Positions 1 through 14,098 of a DNA stretch of 55,866 nt are shown here, in pieces. Under the pieces are notes generated by a model that was not told the origin of the DNA, did no database searches, and worked only from the letters and a program-made list of their open reading frames with translations. Every line of letters begins with the position of its first letter. Position 1 is the stretch's first letter. Position numbers and translations under genes: made by a program. Source of the stretch: Psammoneis japonica (lineage: Eukaryota); contig QPGO01000320.1 of NCBI GenBank assembly GCA_008632985.1, positions 1 through 55,866 of the forward strand, written 5' to 3'.

Positions 1-2195
1 CCTTGGAGAGCCTTGAGGATGGGGAGCACATCCTTCGGGGACAGGAGGGCAGCCGAGATGGTTTGTCCACCAATCTTGGAACACCTTGTCAACATGCATG
101 TAGAAGCACTGTTTTGGTGGCAGAGCTTTGGCAAAAGCATCACTCACATCTGTGCCATGCACACACTTGTTCTTCAAAGCCACCAAAGTGAAAAACAGAT
201 GAGTGCTTGGTTGTTCCACAGACGCTGCGTAAGTCTCATCTCGAGAGTTTGGATGTGGCGCAAACGAGGGCTGCCATCGCATGCTCCACATGCCTTCTTG
301 GCATGATCTAAGTTGTTCTTGATTGGGTGTGACCAAACCCAGTTGAGTGCAGTTGCACCAGTGGGGGCGGGGATCAGTTCACCGAACACACCTTGATCAT
401 TGTACACATCCATTTGTTTGCACTCACTGTTCTCCCAATTGGACCAGTCATCCTGTGTCAGCAGTTTCTGTTGTGTGAGTTTATGCATCACAGGGATGGT
501 GGGTTCCTTCAAGGATGCAAGCTGGTGGCGGATGTCATGGATCTGATCCAGAAACAGTTGGGGAAGGCCAGTGGAGTCCAGGGTGGGAGAAGTGCAGTTG
601 CAAGCAAAGCGCAGTGTGACTGCTGCATTGTCCAAACCAATGTTGTTGACAGCTGCATCCAAGGAGGCAAAATCGTGAACAGGGTGGGAGTTGACGGATG
701 TCAGACATGCTTGTTTGAGTTCGGAGTGCCACTGTGGGATGTGTGTGGCTGGTGAGCCAGGTTGACAATGTCGAAGACAGAGGTGTTGACGGTCGGTGTC
801 AACATCAAATTCAAAGCCGAATCGTGTTTGCAGGAGCCTTTAGTGGGCAGGGGGACATTGAACAAATTGTCAAACAGATCAAAGGACATTACCATGGTGG
901 CCACAGCATCCAAAGACACTGGAGGTGATGAAGCCTGTGGGGCAGCAGTGGCAACAGCTGATGGTTCCGAGGATGCACTGCAATTGCGGTTTCACCAAGT
1001 GGAAGGCCCTGAAGCAAGCTAATCCGGGGGGGTTTAGAGAGTGACTTGTCAGAGGCCAGTGGTGGGCACAGTGCTGGCTGATGGTCCAGGACAATTGGTG
1101 GGGGAGGGGTCACCTGTTGCATTCCCAGATTGAACAGCAGCTGAGGGCCAGGGGTTGCACTGGCTGGGTGAAATGAGCCTCATCGTAGACAGCGTGAGGA
1201 GCCAATTTCTTGTGGCCGGTTTTGGTGTCCATGCATCTGATGTTCTTGTCGGTGGCTGAGCATCCAAGGAATGTGCCATTAAAGGTGTGTTGATCCAATT
1301 TTGCTGGGGCCTTGCCGGGGCGGCGTACACACACGCGGGAGCCAAAAGCACGAAGGCGACACAAATCCGGCACCTTGCCAGTCCAAGCTTGACAGGGAGT
1401 GGTGTCGATGGACGAGTGCCACAGGTGATTCTTGAGGCATGCTGTGTGTGCCAGAGCATCAGACCAACAGGTGGCTGGGAGACCTGAGGCTTGCGAAAAT
1501 CCCACGACTTGGCAAGTTCGCCACCTTGATCCGTGTGCACCACACTGAAGGCCGTGCTTGTGTTTGTGTCATGCTAAGAAAGCATCAACCATTTCCGCAG
1601 GGGGTTTCTTGCTGGCGGTGAGAAAAACCCAGGTGTGCTGGGTACGAGCATCCACAATCAACAAGTGTGAGTTGCATCCGTCACAGGATTGCACGATTCA
1701 TTCCACACAGTCTTTCTTGCATTTCTTCTTTGTTCAGGGTTGCATGTCCGGTCCGGAAGCATGCACACAACCGAAATCCATGTGAAACTGCTCTGCCGGA
1801 GCCAGATCTGCATCATCCACCACAGGGCCCACAGGTGCCCATTTGGGATTGGCATTGCTGCACACTTGGCAGAAGCAATGTGGGTGCGGAATGGCCTAGA
1901 GAGCAGCAGGGAGGCCTTTGGCATGGCATCATAGATGTGCGAGTTGATGCATGCCGGGGTGACCAAGATGGTGGTGCCACAGTTCACTGGCAGAGACACA
2001 TTGCACAGACCTCACTCAGAGTGTGGTCCAAGTTGTCTGCAGGCGGCAAAGGGTCAGGTGATGGCTCCAGTGGTGACAGGAGGGCCATGTCAGCAGGATG
2101 AGCCTCGGAGGTGTGTTCCGGAATGTCAAAAGAACAGCCACGGTCATGTGACATGGGGGCATGCACAGCAAGGGTGCGAAGGGTGCCCTGGAGTT

Positions 2196-2567
2196 CTAGG
2201 TGGGACTTTTTGTGACATTTGCCCCGTAGAATTCTACGTGCGAGCTCTGTAGTTCGTACTTTGGTTAATGCATATATTTATCTTCGACATAAAAAACGGC
2301 CAAGTTTGTAGTGCATCTATCCCTGTTGGTACTCGAAGTTTTGGATAATGCGCCTGCCCTACGCCATTCTTAAGACACTCGAGAATGGCGTAGAAGAAAA
2401 AATATCAAAAGTTGATCAATGGATAGCCTGATAATTGCACTATAAAATCATACAAAATTTCGCCAAAATCATGTAGAAATGTACGTGCGCGACATACGAC
2501 GCGATTCAAAAAACTATCGATGTCACAGTTCAGTGGTACGAGGTCCCACCTAGACCTGGAACGCGTC
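2196..2567. mobile_element. MITE (family A), copy 1, inserted in the Copia element; left TIR truncated
   Basis: AT-rich, non-coding insert. The right end ...tcccacctagacctggaacgcgtc matches the TIR of the 25786-26178 copy. Both subterminal regions align with that copy in opposite orientation (tgtgacatttgccccgtagaattctacgtgcgagctc). Confidence 0.8.
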
Positions 2568-5500
2568 ATCCGTGGTCAAGGGAATGTTGGGATGGAGGTG
2601 CAGTGTAAACCAGAGGCCATTCGCTTGGACCATGGGGAAGGAGCGTTGGAGTGAGTGATCTTGGTCAGTGACAGTGACGATGCCATGACCAGTCTCCTGA
2701 CAGTGTGAAGCATGGCGTTGGTTGCATTGCTCCTTGGACAAGCAACACAGGTGATCTGGGGACAACAGTGTCTCCCCCAGTCCTGGACAACAGAACATGG
2801 GAATGGAGCATGGTTGGCTGTGCAGGTCACGGATGGTGCACATGCGGATGCCATGGGCCAAGACAGACTTGTCTGATGCGGATGCAGTGTTCATGGATTT
2901 TGGGTGGGAAAAATGGCAACAGTCAGAGAGCAGGTGCCAGTGGGATGCAGCACTGCAGTTGGCACCTGTGTCAGCCTGACCATGTGCTTTTGCTGGGGTG
3001 TCGGGAGTGAGAGCACCGATGCTTGCACAGTGGAACATGGGGAGGAGAGCAGTGTCATGTTCCAAGGCCAGGGCCGCAGACATTGTTGTCGGAGGTGGTG
3101 ACGGGGGTTCTGCTGACTTGAATTGACAATCAAAATAATGCAGAACAGCCTGGGGGTCCTCTGTAAATTCCTCGACTGCCGCAGCCCAAGATTCATCAGA
3201 CAGTGATGGGGAGTCATCATCGGGGATGGAGTGTGATGAAGCAGAGTCCGAATCGGTGGATGCAAGGTTGGGAGGATGTCCCGAGTGAGTCCAATCAGGG
3301 AGGTCCTTGGGCTGTGGTGTCACAGATGCAAAAAATTGACTGATCAAAGGAGAGATTGGTGGTTTGGCAGAAGGCAGAGGCATGGAGGTGCCCCGATCAT
3401 CTGCTCCACTGTCATTGGGAAGCTGTTCACTGTGGTTGGGGGAGGTGCACAGCCAGCTCACTGAAAATGTGGTGGTGCATTGGACTCAAACAGCATGTCA
3501 GAAACTGCTTCATCCATCATGAAGTCAAGAATTGCATCCGACACATCAGAGGAGAATACACACACCATTGGACAGGGTTCATCCTTGCGGTGTTGGTCAT
3601 GGGAGTGCCACTTGGACATGAGGGAGGATGCTTTGTTGGCATTGTTCTCAACAAAGTCGGAGACCAAAGCATGGCAAGCAAGTTGAGAACAGTCGCAGTG
3701 GCTGTGGCCACACATGCCACACATGTTGCAAATGAGATCCTTGCACTGTTGAAAGACTTGAGTCTGTTGGTCCAGAGATGAAGAGTTCCTGGGGTGCTGG
3801 AATCTTCCTTGGAAGGCATTGAGGGACCCAGAAGGTTCAGAGGAGGATGCTGGTTTTGGATCAATCTGGGTGATCAGAGACACAAGGTGCAGGTCATGTG
3901 GCAGAGGAGATGATTCACCGAGTTTGTGGGGGTGGCGTTTGAGGAGGGGGACCAAGTCATGTTGGCCATCCGGGATCGCATCCAAAAACTTGATGGATTT
4001 GTTCCTGTCCGTGCATGTGGGAGGTGCCGCAGGATCCACCACAGCAGCTGCCACATTGGCCGCTGCAAAGAAAGTTGTGAAATCTGCCACAAGATCACAT
4101 GGACCACCTTTCCAGGTGGGGAGTTCAGCAACTTTCCTGGTGAGGGCAGGGAGTCCCACAACAGCGAGGTGAGACAGGATGGCACATCCATCCACAGAGG
4201 CTGGACAGATCTTCTTCCATCCATCACACAGGTGGTGGTCCAGGAGAACTTTGTCCTGAATCAATTTTGTGCATAGTTCGATGGCATGCTTCTGGTGTTG
4301 AACATTGCCAACAAGCATGGGGTTGCAGAAATCCAACTGGTCTCATGTGTGAGAGTGTTGGGATCACACACAGGGATGCCAGTCTGGGTGCAGTGAGCAT
4401 GGAATGCCTTCAAGAACATGGCAATGTCGGAGGGATCCATGGCATGAAGAGAAGGGCCCGGCATCTCACCAAAGGTCTGACTGCTGTGGCATGGTTTGGA
4501 GCTGGAAGATTTGCCTGTCATGATGGATGATGAAGTGGACGGAGCCGCAGATGAGGATGGGGACACAGCTGCAGTGAGGTGGTCAGTGAGAGTTTCAAGG
4601 ACCACAGTGAGTTTGTCAGTTGCAGAGGGAGATGTCAAGATGGGGTCTGGTGGTGGCAATGGTGAGACAGATGCACCCGCGGCAGCCTGGGGTGTCATCG
4701 GAGGGGCAGAAGACATCTTGAAGGAATGCAGTTCCTTCTCAACACTTTCCGCACACGTCTTGTGGTCCTGGATGGAGCCCGCCTGCATGCGATGTCAATT
4801 GGGCATCGACACCATCACAGTGGCATTTCAGAGTGTCGGATGGCTCATCCTGGGTGACAAGTCATCAAGGATGCCTGTCATGGTGTTGGCCACAGAAAGG
4901 CTGTTCTTGACAGCATTCTCCATGTCAGCTTTCACAGAATCCAGTCAAGCAAGAAGCACAGGTCAAGTTCATCCATGTGTTTCTTGACATCACCTTCCAT
5001 CCAATTTTGGAAGTTAGTCCTGGCAGAGCTGGCAAGTTCACCAACAGCATGGGCAGATTTGGACGAAGTGGATTCCAGCAGTTCAATGTCAGCCCCAGTG
5101 ACCACGGTGAGGTGTTGTTCTTCAGTCTGAGATGCAGTCATGAGGTGCTAGAGAACGGCAGCTCTGGTGCCCTGAACTGGTGCTTTTGCATCAGACAGGT
5201 AAGGGGCAAGGTGCTTGTCAAGCCTTTGTACAAACTGGTTGTCCCAAGCTGCTGCGGCAGTGTTGGCAGCATTGCCTGCCAGAGCAACAGCCACCTCCTT
5301 GGTGGCTTGGAGTTGGGTCTCAACAGCAGTGCAGAAGGTGTCTGTTGCATGCGCAGTTGCAACATTGGCCACATCAGCATGAGTCTGCTCAATCATGGAC
5401 CAAAGAGAAGCAAGTTCCTGGCAGAGGGATGCGACAGTAGTCTGAGCTGCTGCAAGAGTGGTGCTGTGCTCCTCATTCAGTGCCACAGAGTCCGACAACT

Positions 5501-5847
5501 GCATTTGAAACTGCTGAATGAGGTCTGCTGGAAGCACCAGAGGTGAATGTGGCCAATGGTGAGGGTGAGGTGGGCGGCAGTGGAGGAGATGCGACAACAG
5601 GGGTTTCAGCCACAGCATTGGTTAAAAGGGAGGGACGGATGCCATCACGAACTGCTGCCATGACAGAGGCGCTTGTCAAGGGAGTGTTTGTTGTGGGTGG
5701 GGTAGAGGCATCCGACACTGTTGATGGTGATGTGGCCACTTGAAGAGATGACATGCATTCCTGCCAAGACATTGCTGTCTTGGAACGGGTGCTGTTTGCT
5801 GGCGCCATGGTGATTCAGTGATTGGAGAGCCATGGCACACATGGGGC

Positions 5848-6107
5848 TGTTGGTGTCCGCACCAAGAGCTGCAGCAACAGCAGCAGATGCAAACGACAAT
5901 GGCGCAGGATTTGTCCACTTGCAGCAGAGACGTTGCAGCCACAAAACCAGAAAGAACCCCTACAAAATAGTCTTTGTCATCATCAATGAGGCAGCAGTCG
6001 AAGAGAGTGTTTTCTGGGTGTCGTTGGTTGGCAGAGGGGCCCCGCTTGTGCTGAGCATGAGCATTGCTCACAACCTGATAGAGATCCCAATCTAAGTGGG
6101 AATGACA
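5848..6107 (-). repeat. Candidate 5' LTR of the Copia element
   Basis: ~260 bp bounded by TGTCA...CAACA on the minus strand, just upstream of the gag-like ORF start (5808). No second LTR in the window and no clear PBS. Confidence 0.4.
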
Positions 6108-6140
6108 CGCAGCCACTGAGGCAAAATCAGAGAAGCAGCA

Positions 6141-9122
6141 TTGTCTTGCACCCCCACCCCAGAGCACCAAGCCTGTGCCTTTATGTGCACTTTGCATTTT
6201 CCAGATTTAGCCCACCATGTTGAGGCTTGTGATTTGACACTGCCAAAAACAAATTCTGATGCCTTGCAAATGACCCAGCAGTCAGGCAAAATGTGGGCAT
6301 GTGCCAACAACAACAGCAATGGTCAACACGGCACCAATGACAAAAAATTGTTTGTCCATGCTGTGGCAATTGGAATCTCCGGTTCTCCAGAAAAACCTGG
6401 TGATGAGCCCAAATTGTCTTCCAAGGACTGTGCCAATGCACTCGGCCTGAATCCAAACACTGTTTGTTGCCAAACGAAGCACGGAAAGATTGCCAGAGAG
6501 GCCTTGATTGTGAACAAAGATGGCATCATGTGGTTGTCAGTGCAACCCCATCAGCATCCTCACAAAGTTTCCCCTGAGATCTGCAAAGCATTTCCATCAA
6601 ATCATCCTGACACAGTGCAGTCTCCCAATGCACGAGACATGATTCTCATTAAAGATGAAGATGGAAACAAAAAACAAGTGAACAAATGGTTGTGCAACAT
6701 GTCCATGCATGAGCTCCACAATGACATGTTGAAGCCTGTGGGTTCCAGTGGATTCAAACATGCATGTGGTGCCAATGGCAAGACCCTCACCAGTGACATG
6801 ATGTTTTGCTTTTTGATTCCCAAGCAGTGTCAAAAAATGAATGCAAGTCAATGCAGCATGTGTCAATGCAGTGATTGCACCATTGCAAATTTTTTACAAG
6901 ATGCATTGAACAGGTTTCAAAGGGGGTGCTTTTAAAAGAGATGCAGTTGGAGCAAAAGCATTTGAAAGTTGCAGGTGAGGATCCTGACAACTCTGACAAC
7001 TGTCACAGTGCCATTGGCAAATTGGAGGAAACATTGCGCAGCTGTCAAGAGGAAGCGTTTGGCCCCAATGGCCATCACCTTTTCATCCTAAAGCTCGAGA
7101 TGCAGTTGCAACCATCATTTGCAGCAATGTGAATGGCCAGGATCATCCTCATTGGAAATGCATTTTAGGTGAATGCCAGCTTGCCCATCCTGTCCAACTC
7201 CATTGTTGGGACAGAATGAAAGTTCCAGTGCTCCCCAAGTTTTGTTTCAACTGTGCTTGACTGTAAAAAGTTGTTCCAAGCATGGTGTGTTCATGGAAGC
7301 ATGTCCTGTTTGTGAGGCAGATCCAGATGGGAACAAGGATGCAAAGGTCAAATGAAGGACCTTGTTGACAAGGTTCCGCAAACCAGTTGGAGTCCTTGTG
7401 GAAGAGCACTGCATTCCAAGTTTAAAGAACAAACTGCGTCACCACCTTCCCCACATGGCCATTCCTGGGAACATCATTGCATGGAAATGCGTCGCAAAGC
7501 ATTTCAGTCAATGCCCAACAGCATTTTCACATCTCATTGCTGCTCTGAGCATCAGAAGGCAGAGTTCAACAATCAAGTTCAGAGGGATCATTGTGGCAAC
7601 AACTAAACATTGTTTGTTGAAAGAAGAGTTTGTGATGCCACAAGATGCCACCACCACCCATGCTCACTTGGAAAAGTGTGTCACCTGGTTAAAGAACCAC
7701 AACCTGCATCAGGCATGGCTTGTGATTTGGGATCACACTGATGGTTGTGCCAAACAGTGACGATGTGCTTTGGCACTGCACTTGTTGTCTGTGTTTGGGC
7801 ACAAACACAACATTGTGTTTGACTGTGCCATTGGAGCACCTGGACATGGCAAAGGAGAGGTTGATGGAATTGGAGCCTGCACTGAACCACTCAAACATTG
7901 TGAAATGCAGTCTGCAACTGTTGCAGGAGTCAATGACAAGGATGGGAAAATTAGAGCTGATGCTTTGGTCATGGATGACAACAATGTTGCAGTGGCACAC
8001 AGTTGTGCTTGGGAATGTTTGAAACCACTTGAAAAGAAAAAGAATGCTCTTGGCACAGTTTGCAACAGGAAACATGCCAAGAGGGAATCCCTTCAAAAGT
8101 TGACAGAAAGGTGCATTGTCTGCAGGAAGCTGATGAAGTTCTTGGTTCTTTAAGTAGAGTCAAGTTGATTGGATTGGTGCAAGTGCACACATGCCATTGT
8201 GGCATTGGCACCTTGCACCATTTCCAATTTGAACCTCTTTTTCCCATTGGTTGGGTTGCCATGTGAAGAATTCCTTGCGCTTGTGAAGCCTGCCTGGATC
8301 AGCTCAAACAACCTTGGGTGAACAATGTCGAGCCAACAAAGCAGCCCCGACATGCAGGTGGCAACCAAGCTTGCAAACTCTGGCCCATCTTTGAGGGGCT
8401 GAACGATTGGCAAGTTTGTCAGGTGATTCAAACAAATGAGAGTGATGCGGACAAGGTGCAGTTGGTTCACAAATTGGTGTTGGACTGCTTGACTGAGGAA
8501 ATGGCAAAGGAAATTGTTGCAAACAGCTGTGCCACATTGTCTTGTGAATCTGAGGAGAGCTTTTATCTGCTGCTAATGGGATGAACTGCCCCACAAAGCA
8601 CAGGAGGACAAGGTGTGGAAAGAGTTTGATCCACCCACAACTGTCAAGGCCGGTGAATGGGCTTGCAAGGGAATGCATCTAAATCCTGTTCCAACGGCCA
8701 GAAGATGGCACACTCTGGTGATGCTGAGGAATGTCAGACAAGAATGTTGCTCAAGCACGTTGCAATTGCAACCCTCAGCCTCTCTGGGACTGCCAAGGAC
8801 ATGCAACAGGAATGAGGTTTCACTGCTTGATCTACGTCATTTGAGTGAGGATGAGCATGAAGCAATTCTTGGTGCAATCCAACAGCAGGAGGCCATGGAT
8901 CATTTTGAGGACTGTTTGGAGGAAGAGGAGGAGGAGGATCACGACAGCAAAACTGATGAGTTGGTGGGAGAGAATGATGACAAGGAGGACAGTGCATCAG
9001 TTCACCATGAGGAGGAGGACAAGAGCATGGGAGGGGACAGTGACAGTGACGAGTCTGACAAACAAAATGGCAATGGGAAAATGAACAAACCCTGTGATTG
9101 TCACTTTGCATTGTGCAACTAG
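6141..9122 (+). pseudogene. Decayed DDE transposase, Sola-like (Sola2-type motifs)
   Basis: Frameshifted ORFs contain WLVIWDHTDGCAKQ (~7715-7760) and IGAPGHGKGEVDG (~7830-7870), matching the SDGxxxQY...HGKGxxDG pattern. Cys-rich segments upstream and downstream, and an acidic C-terminal tail. Confidence 0.6.
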
Positions 9123-9129
9123 ACGAACC

Positions 9130-12100
9130 ATCCAACACAAGAGCTTTCCTTTTGCCATGAAGCTGCTGCTCCACTGCCCTTGGAAGTTCAAACCAGAGGG
9201 TTTTTTGCCACGCATTTCAGTCACCTCATGTTCCTTGATTCCAAGACAACAATTCAAGCACTTGATGTTCTTTGCCAGCAATGCAAAATGGCAACTGGAA
9301 TCAAAGATCCACCCATGGTGCAAGGCAATGCAGTGGTCATTCACCAGTCAGCACAAAGTTATGCAGTCATCATTGCAGGTCATCACATCAAATTCACCAC
9401 CCACTTCCAAGGAAATGGTTCAATCCAAACTGCCGTTAAACCTCATGTTTGAGTTTGCAGGTGGGAATTTTCCCTTCAAACGACCATTCAACATGTTCTT
9501 TGCAAACAACATGTGATTGTTGGCAGTGTTGGCAAAGTTGGCAGATGTTTGGATGTGAGAAGCAATGTTCATGTGCAGGTCACCAGCACAATCAAGAACA
9601 CTGGCCAGGGAAGAAAACACGCAAGTGTCGTTTTGTCCTTGAATGAATTTCACCAGTGGGCCACTTGTCGGTGAGTCACTGTTCAATGACATCAACACAT
9701 TCCCTTCCAGCAATGCGCAAAAACCATCCACTGGCTTCAAACCTTTTAAATCTTTCCACGCATCTGGAAACCAAAACTTGAAATTGCACTCAGCCCAATC
9801 CTGGGTCACACAGAATGGACAGTTGCCCTCCAAGCTGTGGCGAATGAAATCAGCACCCCCCACAACAGGTGGAACTGCTTGCATTTCTGCTTTAGTCAAT
9901 CTCTTAAGTTTTGCAATCTGTGGTGGGTTGCAAATCCAATCCACCTTTGCCTCAATCTTGTTTGAGCATTTTTGACACAGTTTCATGGGAACTTTGGGTT
10001 TGTGCTTAGCACGAACAACAAAGCCCGCACACCCATCCATGGGATGACAGTTCATTGCATTTTTACGTTCATCAAACCATCGTTCCCACAAAATGAAACC
10101 ATCATTCTGTTCTTCAAAGCAACCAAACAAGTGAGGAACAGATCTTCTGGTGTGGCCAGGACGCGGAAGCCTGCTGCTCCATGAACTTGGATCAATCCAA
10201 AGCACTTTTTTAACCCACACCATGAACTTGGATCAATCCAAAGCAGTTTTTTAACCCACAACATCACTTGAGCATCTTCATGCTCTTGCTTGAGGCAATC
10301 CCTTTCTTCTTTGTGTCACTCCTCTTTCCTTTGCCAATGCAACATGGGTGCTCCTTTTGCGCTTGCTTTTGGCTTTGAGCTGTGAAAGCCAATGAGATCA
10401 TCATCATTGCTCACTCCAGTGATGTCTTTCATGAGCTCCATCTGGCATCTCCAATGTGCATCTCTCACTCTCTCCTTCTTCTCTACCTTTGTGTCTCCGA
10501 GTGCCAAGTCTTCAGCAACCTTGTCTTCATCTTCCTTTTCCTCATCTTCATCTTCCTCCTCGTCCTCAGTCAGTTCATCCATGACCCACCCTTGATCCTC
10601 CTCCTCCTCCTTGTTTTTGTCTTGCAGTTGCAACCCTGCAGTGCCAGCCTTGGTCTGTTGCAGGTCATCCATCTCTTCAGTGCCCCCTCCTTTGCCTCTT
10701 CTGTTTCATCCTCCAACTCTGCCTTCATCACTGCATCCCACCTAAAAGCGTGATCCACGCAATGATGGCAATGAATCCTTCTGCAAAACTCATGCCAGTG
10801 AAGTTCAGGAGCCACCTTGCACCAATCAGCAAGGTGAGCCAGCGACTCCTTTTTACAGCCCTTCTTTCCATCTTTGTCATGGAAGTGAATGTCAAGGATG
10901 TGTTTGTCATTGGTGATGGCCTCCACTAACTGGGAGCATTGATGCGGTGCAGGAGGCTTGCACAACTGGTCTGGTGGGCACTGACAGTCTTTGTCTTCAT
11001 CACAAGAGGGAAGCCACAACACATGATTGCACTGCCAACCTGCAACAATGTCAAACAATGCCTCCAATGGCAATGTGTTTTTGGGGTTGCATGGACCAAA
11101 TGGGAAAATTCTCCAGCAGCCAATCACACAACAGATGAGCACTTTGCATTTTACATTGGTGGGAAGCTTGGCAAGGCAGGGATCTTCCTCCATGTCATCA
11201 TCCAACTGTTCAAACTTCTCCCTTTTGTAACACTCGTCATGAAAAATGTGGTCATGGTTGCTGTCCAAATCTGGCTTCTTCAACTTCTTATAGTTGATGG
11301 GTGGTTTGCACTGCAGCTTTTCATCCACCTGCTTCCTCCAAGCGATTTCGTGTAGAACAGACCAATGGTTGGTGGTTGCACCCCAGTGCCATTTTGCAAA
11401 TAAAATGGGACAACTTGTTTCACAGTGGAACTTGACGTGCATTCCCTTCAAAGCCGTCATTTCAAAATGGTTCTTCATTCCCGATGGAGACTTAACTTGC
11501 CACCAACTGTTGTGCAAGAAAATTGCCAAAAGGCAGCCACGAAGTCAGCCTCAAATCTTTGGTCAACTTTTCAGGGTCACATGTTTCTATGTTTTTAATG
11601 TTGACCAAGCATTCCTTGTAAAATTGGAGCTTGGCATTGCGCAAATGTCCAGCAATGCAGGTTTTGCCTCCAGGAGATTCTTTGGCAAGTGGTTGCTCCC
11701 AAAAGGCTTCATTTCAGCTTGTCTCTGTTGCGATGTCAACACACTCTGGGCTAGAATGAAGCAATGCCAAAAAAATGCAGAGCTCATTGGAGCAATCGTC
11801 TCCTTTGCACACAAGGCAACAGTGAAGCCTCCATCATTCTCCATGAGATCATCCCACTCCCCCAGTGCTTGCGGACGTCTGCCAGGTTGGAACGTTCACT
11901 CATGGTGTCCATGATGTCCTTGAAACCCATCACTCCCATGTGGCAAGACTTCAACATCTTCTGACGATGAAGACATGCATCCATCTTCTTGACAATGCCA
12001 CAGCAAATGGCTTGGGCAAGTCCAATCAAAAAAGGACTAACACCTCGACTTGACAGTGTGATTGATTGTCTCTCATTGCCCATCCCAACCTCCACAACCT

Positions 12101-12250
12101 CAGACTCTGTCACACGGACATAATCAACAAGCAGGCCAATGTTTGTCTTGACACGGTGCATCAAAACAGCAGCAACATTTTGTTTCTCCTTCACGGCGTC
12201 CCTCATCGACATTCCTGATGGCACCACAACCAACATCAAGTGGTGCTGGT
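9130..12250 (-). pseudogene. Large decayed ORF convergent with the transposase; GNAT-like N-terminal region and papain-like peptidase C-terminal region (tentative)
   Basis: N-terminal part AAVLMHR...LLVDYVRVTES...RGVSPFLIGLAQAI resembles GNAT motif A. C-terminal part QGQNDTCVFSSLASVL...NDHCIALHHGWIFDS resembles the Q-C...H-D papain-fold catalytic set. An acidic linker lies at ~10380-10700. Confidence 0.4.
10179..10260. repeat. 41-bp tandem duplication
   Basis: ccatgaacttggatcaatccaaagca(c/g)ttttttaacccaca occurs twice, head to tail. Confidence 0.9.
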
Positions 12251-12421
12251 TCTTGTCTTTAATGCATTGGTTTGGTTGTGGTCAATTCTCAGAGTTAAAT
12301 GTTTCACAAAAACCAATTGACAACAGTGTTGTGTGGAATGTGTTCCACTTTTCTACGCAAGTGCCTGTCAATGGTTTCCACATGGAATTCTACGCGAAAT
12401 TTGTGCCGAAAACTCGTCACC

Positions 12422-14065
12422 ATGACAAATCCTCCGCCGCCGCAGGTTGGCCATGCCGGTGACCCTCAGCCAGATCCACCACCTGACATCCATGATGCTC
12501 CACCCACTCCCACCAGAACTGGATCCGGAAAACCCGAAAGCACCATGCTTAAAGAGATTGCCATCCATTTTGAATTGACCTCATTGGACGACAACGCATC
12601 CACGGTGTTAGCCATGGGTCATGCTACGATCCTCAATGCTCTCTAACAGAAAGCTTCACAAGATCTGTTGATGAATCAGATGACTGTTGTGTTGAACCGT
12701 GGTCTTAAAATGCCCAAAATCAACATTGTCGAGTGGACTTCCGGTCTCACTCATTCTCAACATTTCATTGTTCACCGCATGGGGTGGATCACGCCATCGT
12801 TCTCCAATGTTTGTCATTGCACACAGAATCCGTACATCCTTGTCAATTGCCAACATCAGGAATGTCCCTTTCATCAACAAAGTGTTAAAAGACAATGGTG
12901 TCTACATGCACCGCCACCACTGGGACAAGACCATTGTTGATTTAGCATGAGTGGCTCTTCTTGTTGACCTGCTCCTGAAGCATCACCCCAAAGATGTGGC
13001 CAAAAATTGTCAATGGCCTTTCTCCCTCAATGCAGCTGCTCGAAATTACCTTTCAGGTTGGCAGTTCAGTCGGCTTCATCACCAGCAGATCAATCTCTTT
13101 GGACTAATTTCTGTGCCACCGAAACTCCCCATGATCATGCAAAAGATGTGATTCATGCCTCATTGGAGGTGTTGAAAGAACATCCTCTTGCGTTAGTCTT
13201 ATCCCGCTGGCGTTGTTTGCAACCAGAAGCTTTTGATAAAGCAGTCTGCAAACAACGTAAAACGAGTGCCAAGACCCACATCATGCCGGTGTTACATTGT
13301 GCTGAAGCCCACTCTTTTTACCTGACAGATGCAATGAAAGAGGTGCCAGGAGTCCCAGACGTGGACAAGGATTTGTTCCATCAAGCCAAGCACTGCATTG
13401 CAGAACATCTTCCAGAGTGGTTTGATGCCATTGCAGCAGAGGCAGGCATCCCGGACACCCAACCCAAACCCATGATCCCTGGCATCAGTGATGACATGTC
13501 AGACACGGTTCAATCCATCTCTTCCACACACATTCAGAGTTAGGCGTCTCTAGACATTTCAGACATTTCTCCATCGGCTTCCATCACTCCTCCTCAATTG
13601 ACAGAATCCAAAGGTCCTCCACCAGTCCCAAAAAGTGTCGGAGTGAATGCAGGTTTTCCCACACATTCCCAGGCATTGCAGAATGAGCCTGGAGCAGTTA
13701 TCCCTGGCACCATCCCCATGTCGGATGTGACGAACCAGTCTACAGAAATTACTGAATTACAACAGCTTGTTCGTCAAAACCAACAAGAACAAGAAAAACA
13801 TTTTGCAACCCTAGAACGGAAGCACCAAGAATCAATTGCGGTGTTGTCTGCCCAGTTGCAGCAAGCAGTGGCCACACAATTACAAACCACTCTCGCAACC
13901 CAGCCACAAATGAAGATCCAAGAGACGTTTGCATCTGTGGTTCCAAATTCACCAGTTTCTCCTCAGCGCAAGAAGCAAGCTACGTTGGTCCCTGCAGGCC
14001 CCTCCTCTCATTATCCTCCCGGGGACACAACTGTGACAGACGCGGATAACTCGGATTTTCTTTAA
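12422..14065 (+). pseudogene. LINE ORF1 (frameshifted), with C-terminal coiled coil
   Basis: ATG at 12422 (MTNPPPPQVG) and a run of plus-strand ORF fragments. Coiled-coil-like EITELQQLVRQNQQEQEKHF. TAA at 14063-14065 just before ORF2. Confidence 0.65.
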
Positions 14066-14098
14066 GGCAGGCCCAGTCGTCTCACCTGCCTCTACCAC

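Larger units (their letters stand above)
1..6107 (-). mobile_element. Decayed Ty1/Copia LTR retrotransposon (gag-PR-INT-start of RT; continues beyond the window start)
   Basis: Minus-strand motifs in Copia order: protease QADTGANCS (~2970); integrase VHTDQGGELAKS (~1500-1540), WSDALAHTACLKN, TPCQAWTG and KLDQHTFNGTFLGCSAT; RT start ALNWVWSHPIK...KKACGACDGSPR (~260-350). Many frameshifts and stops. The integrase core appears internally deleted at ~1495. Confidence 0.9.
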
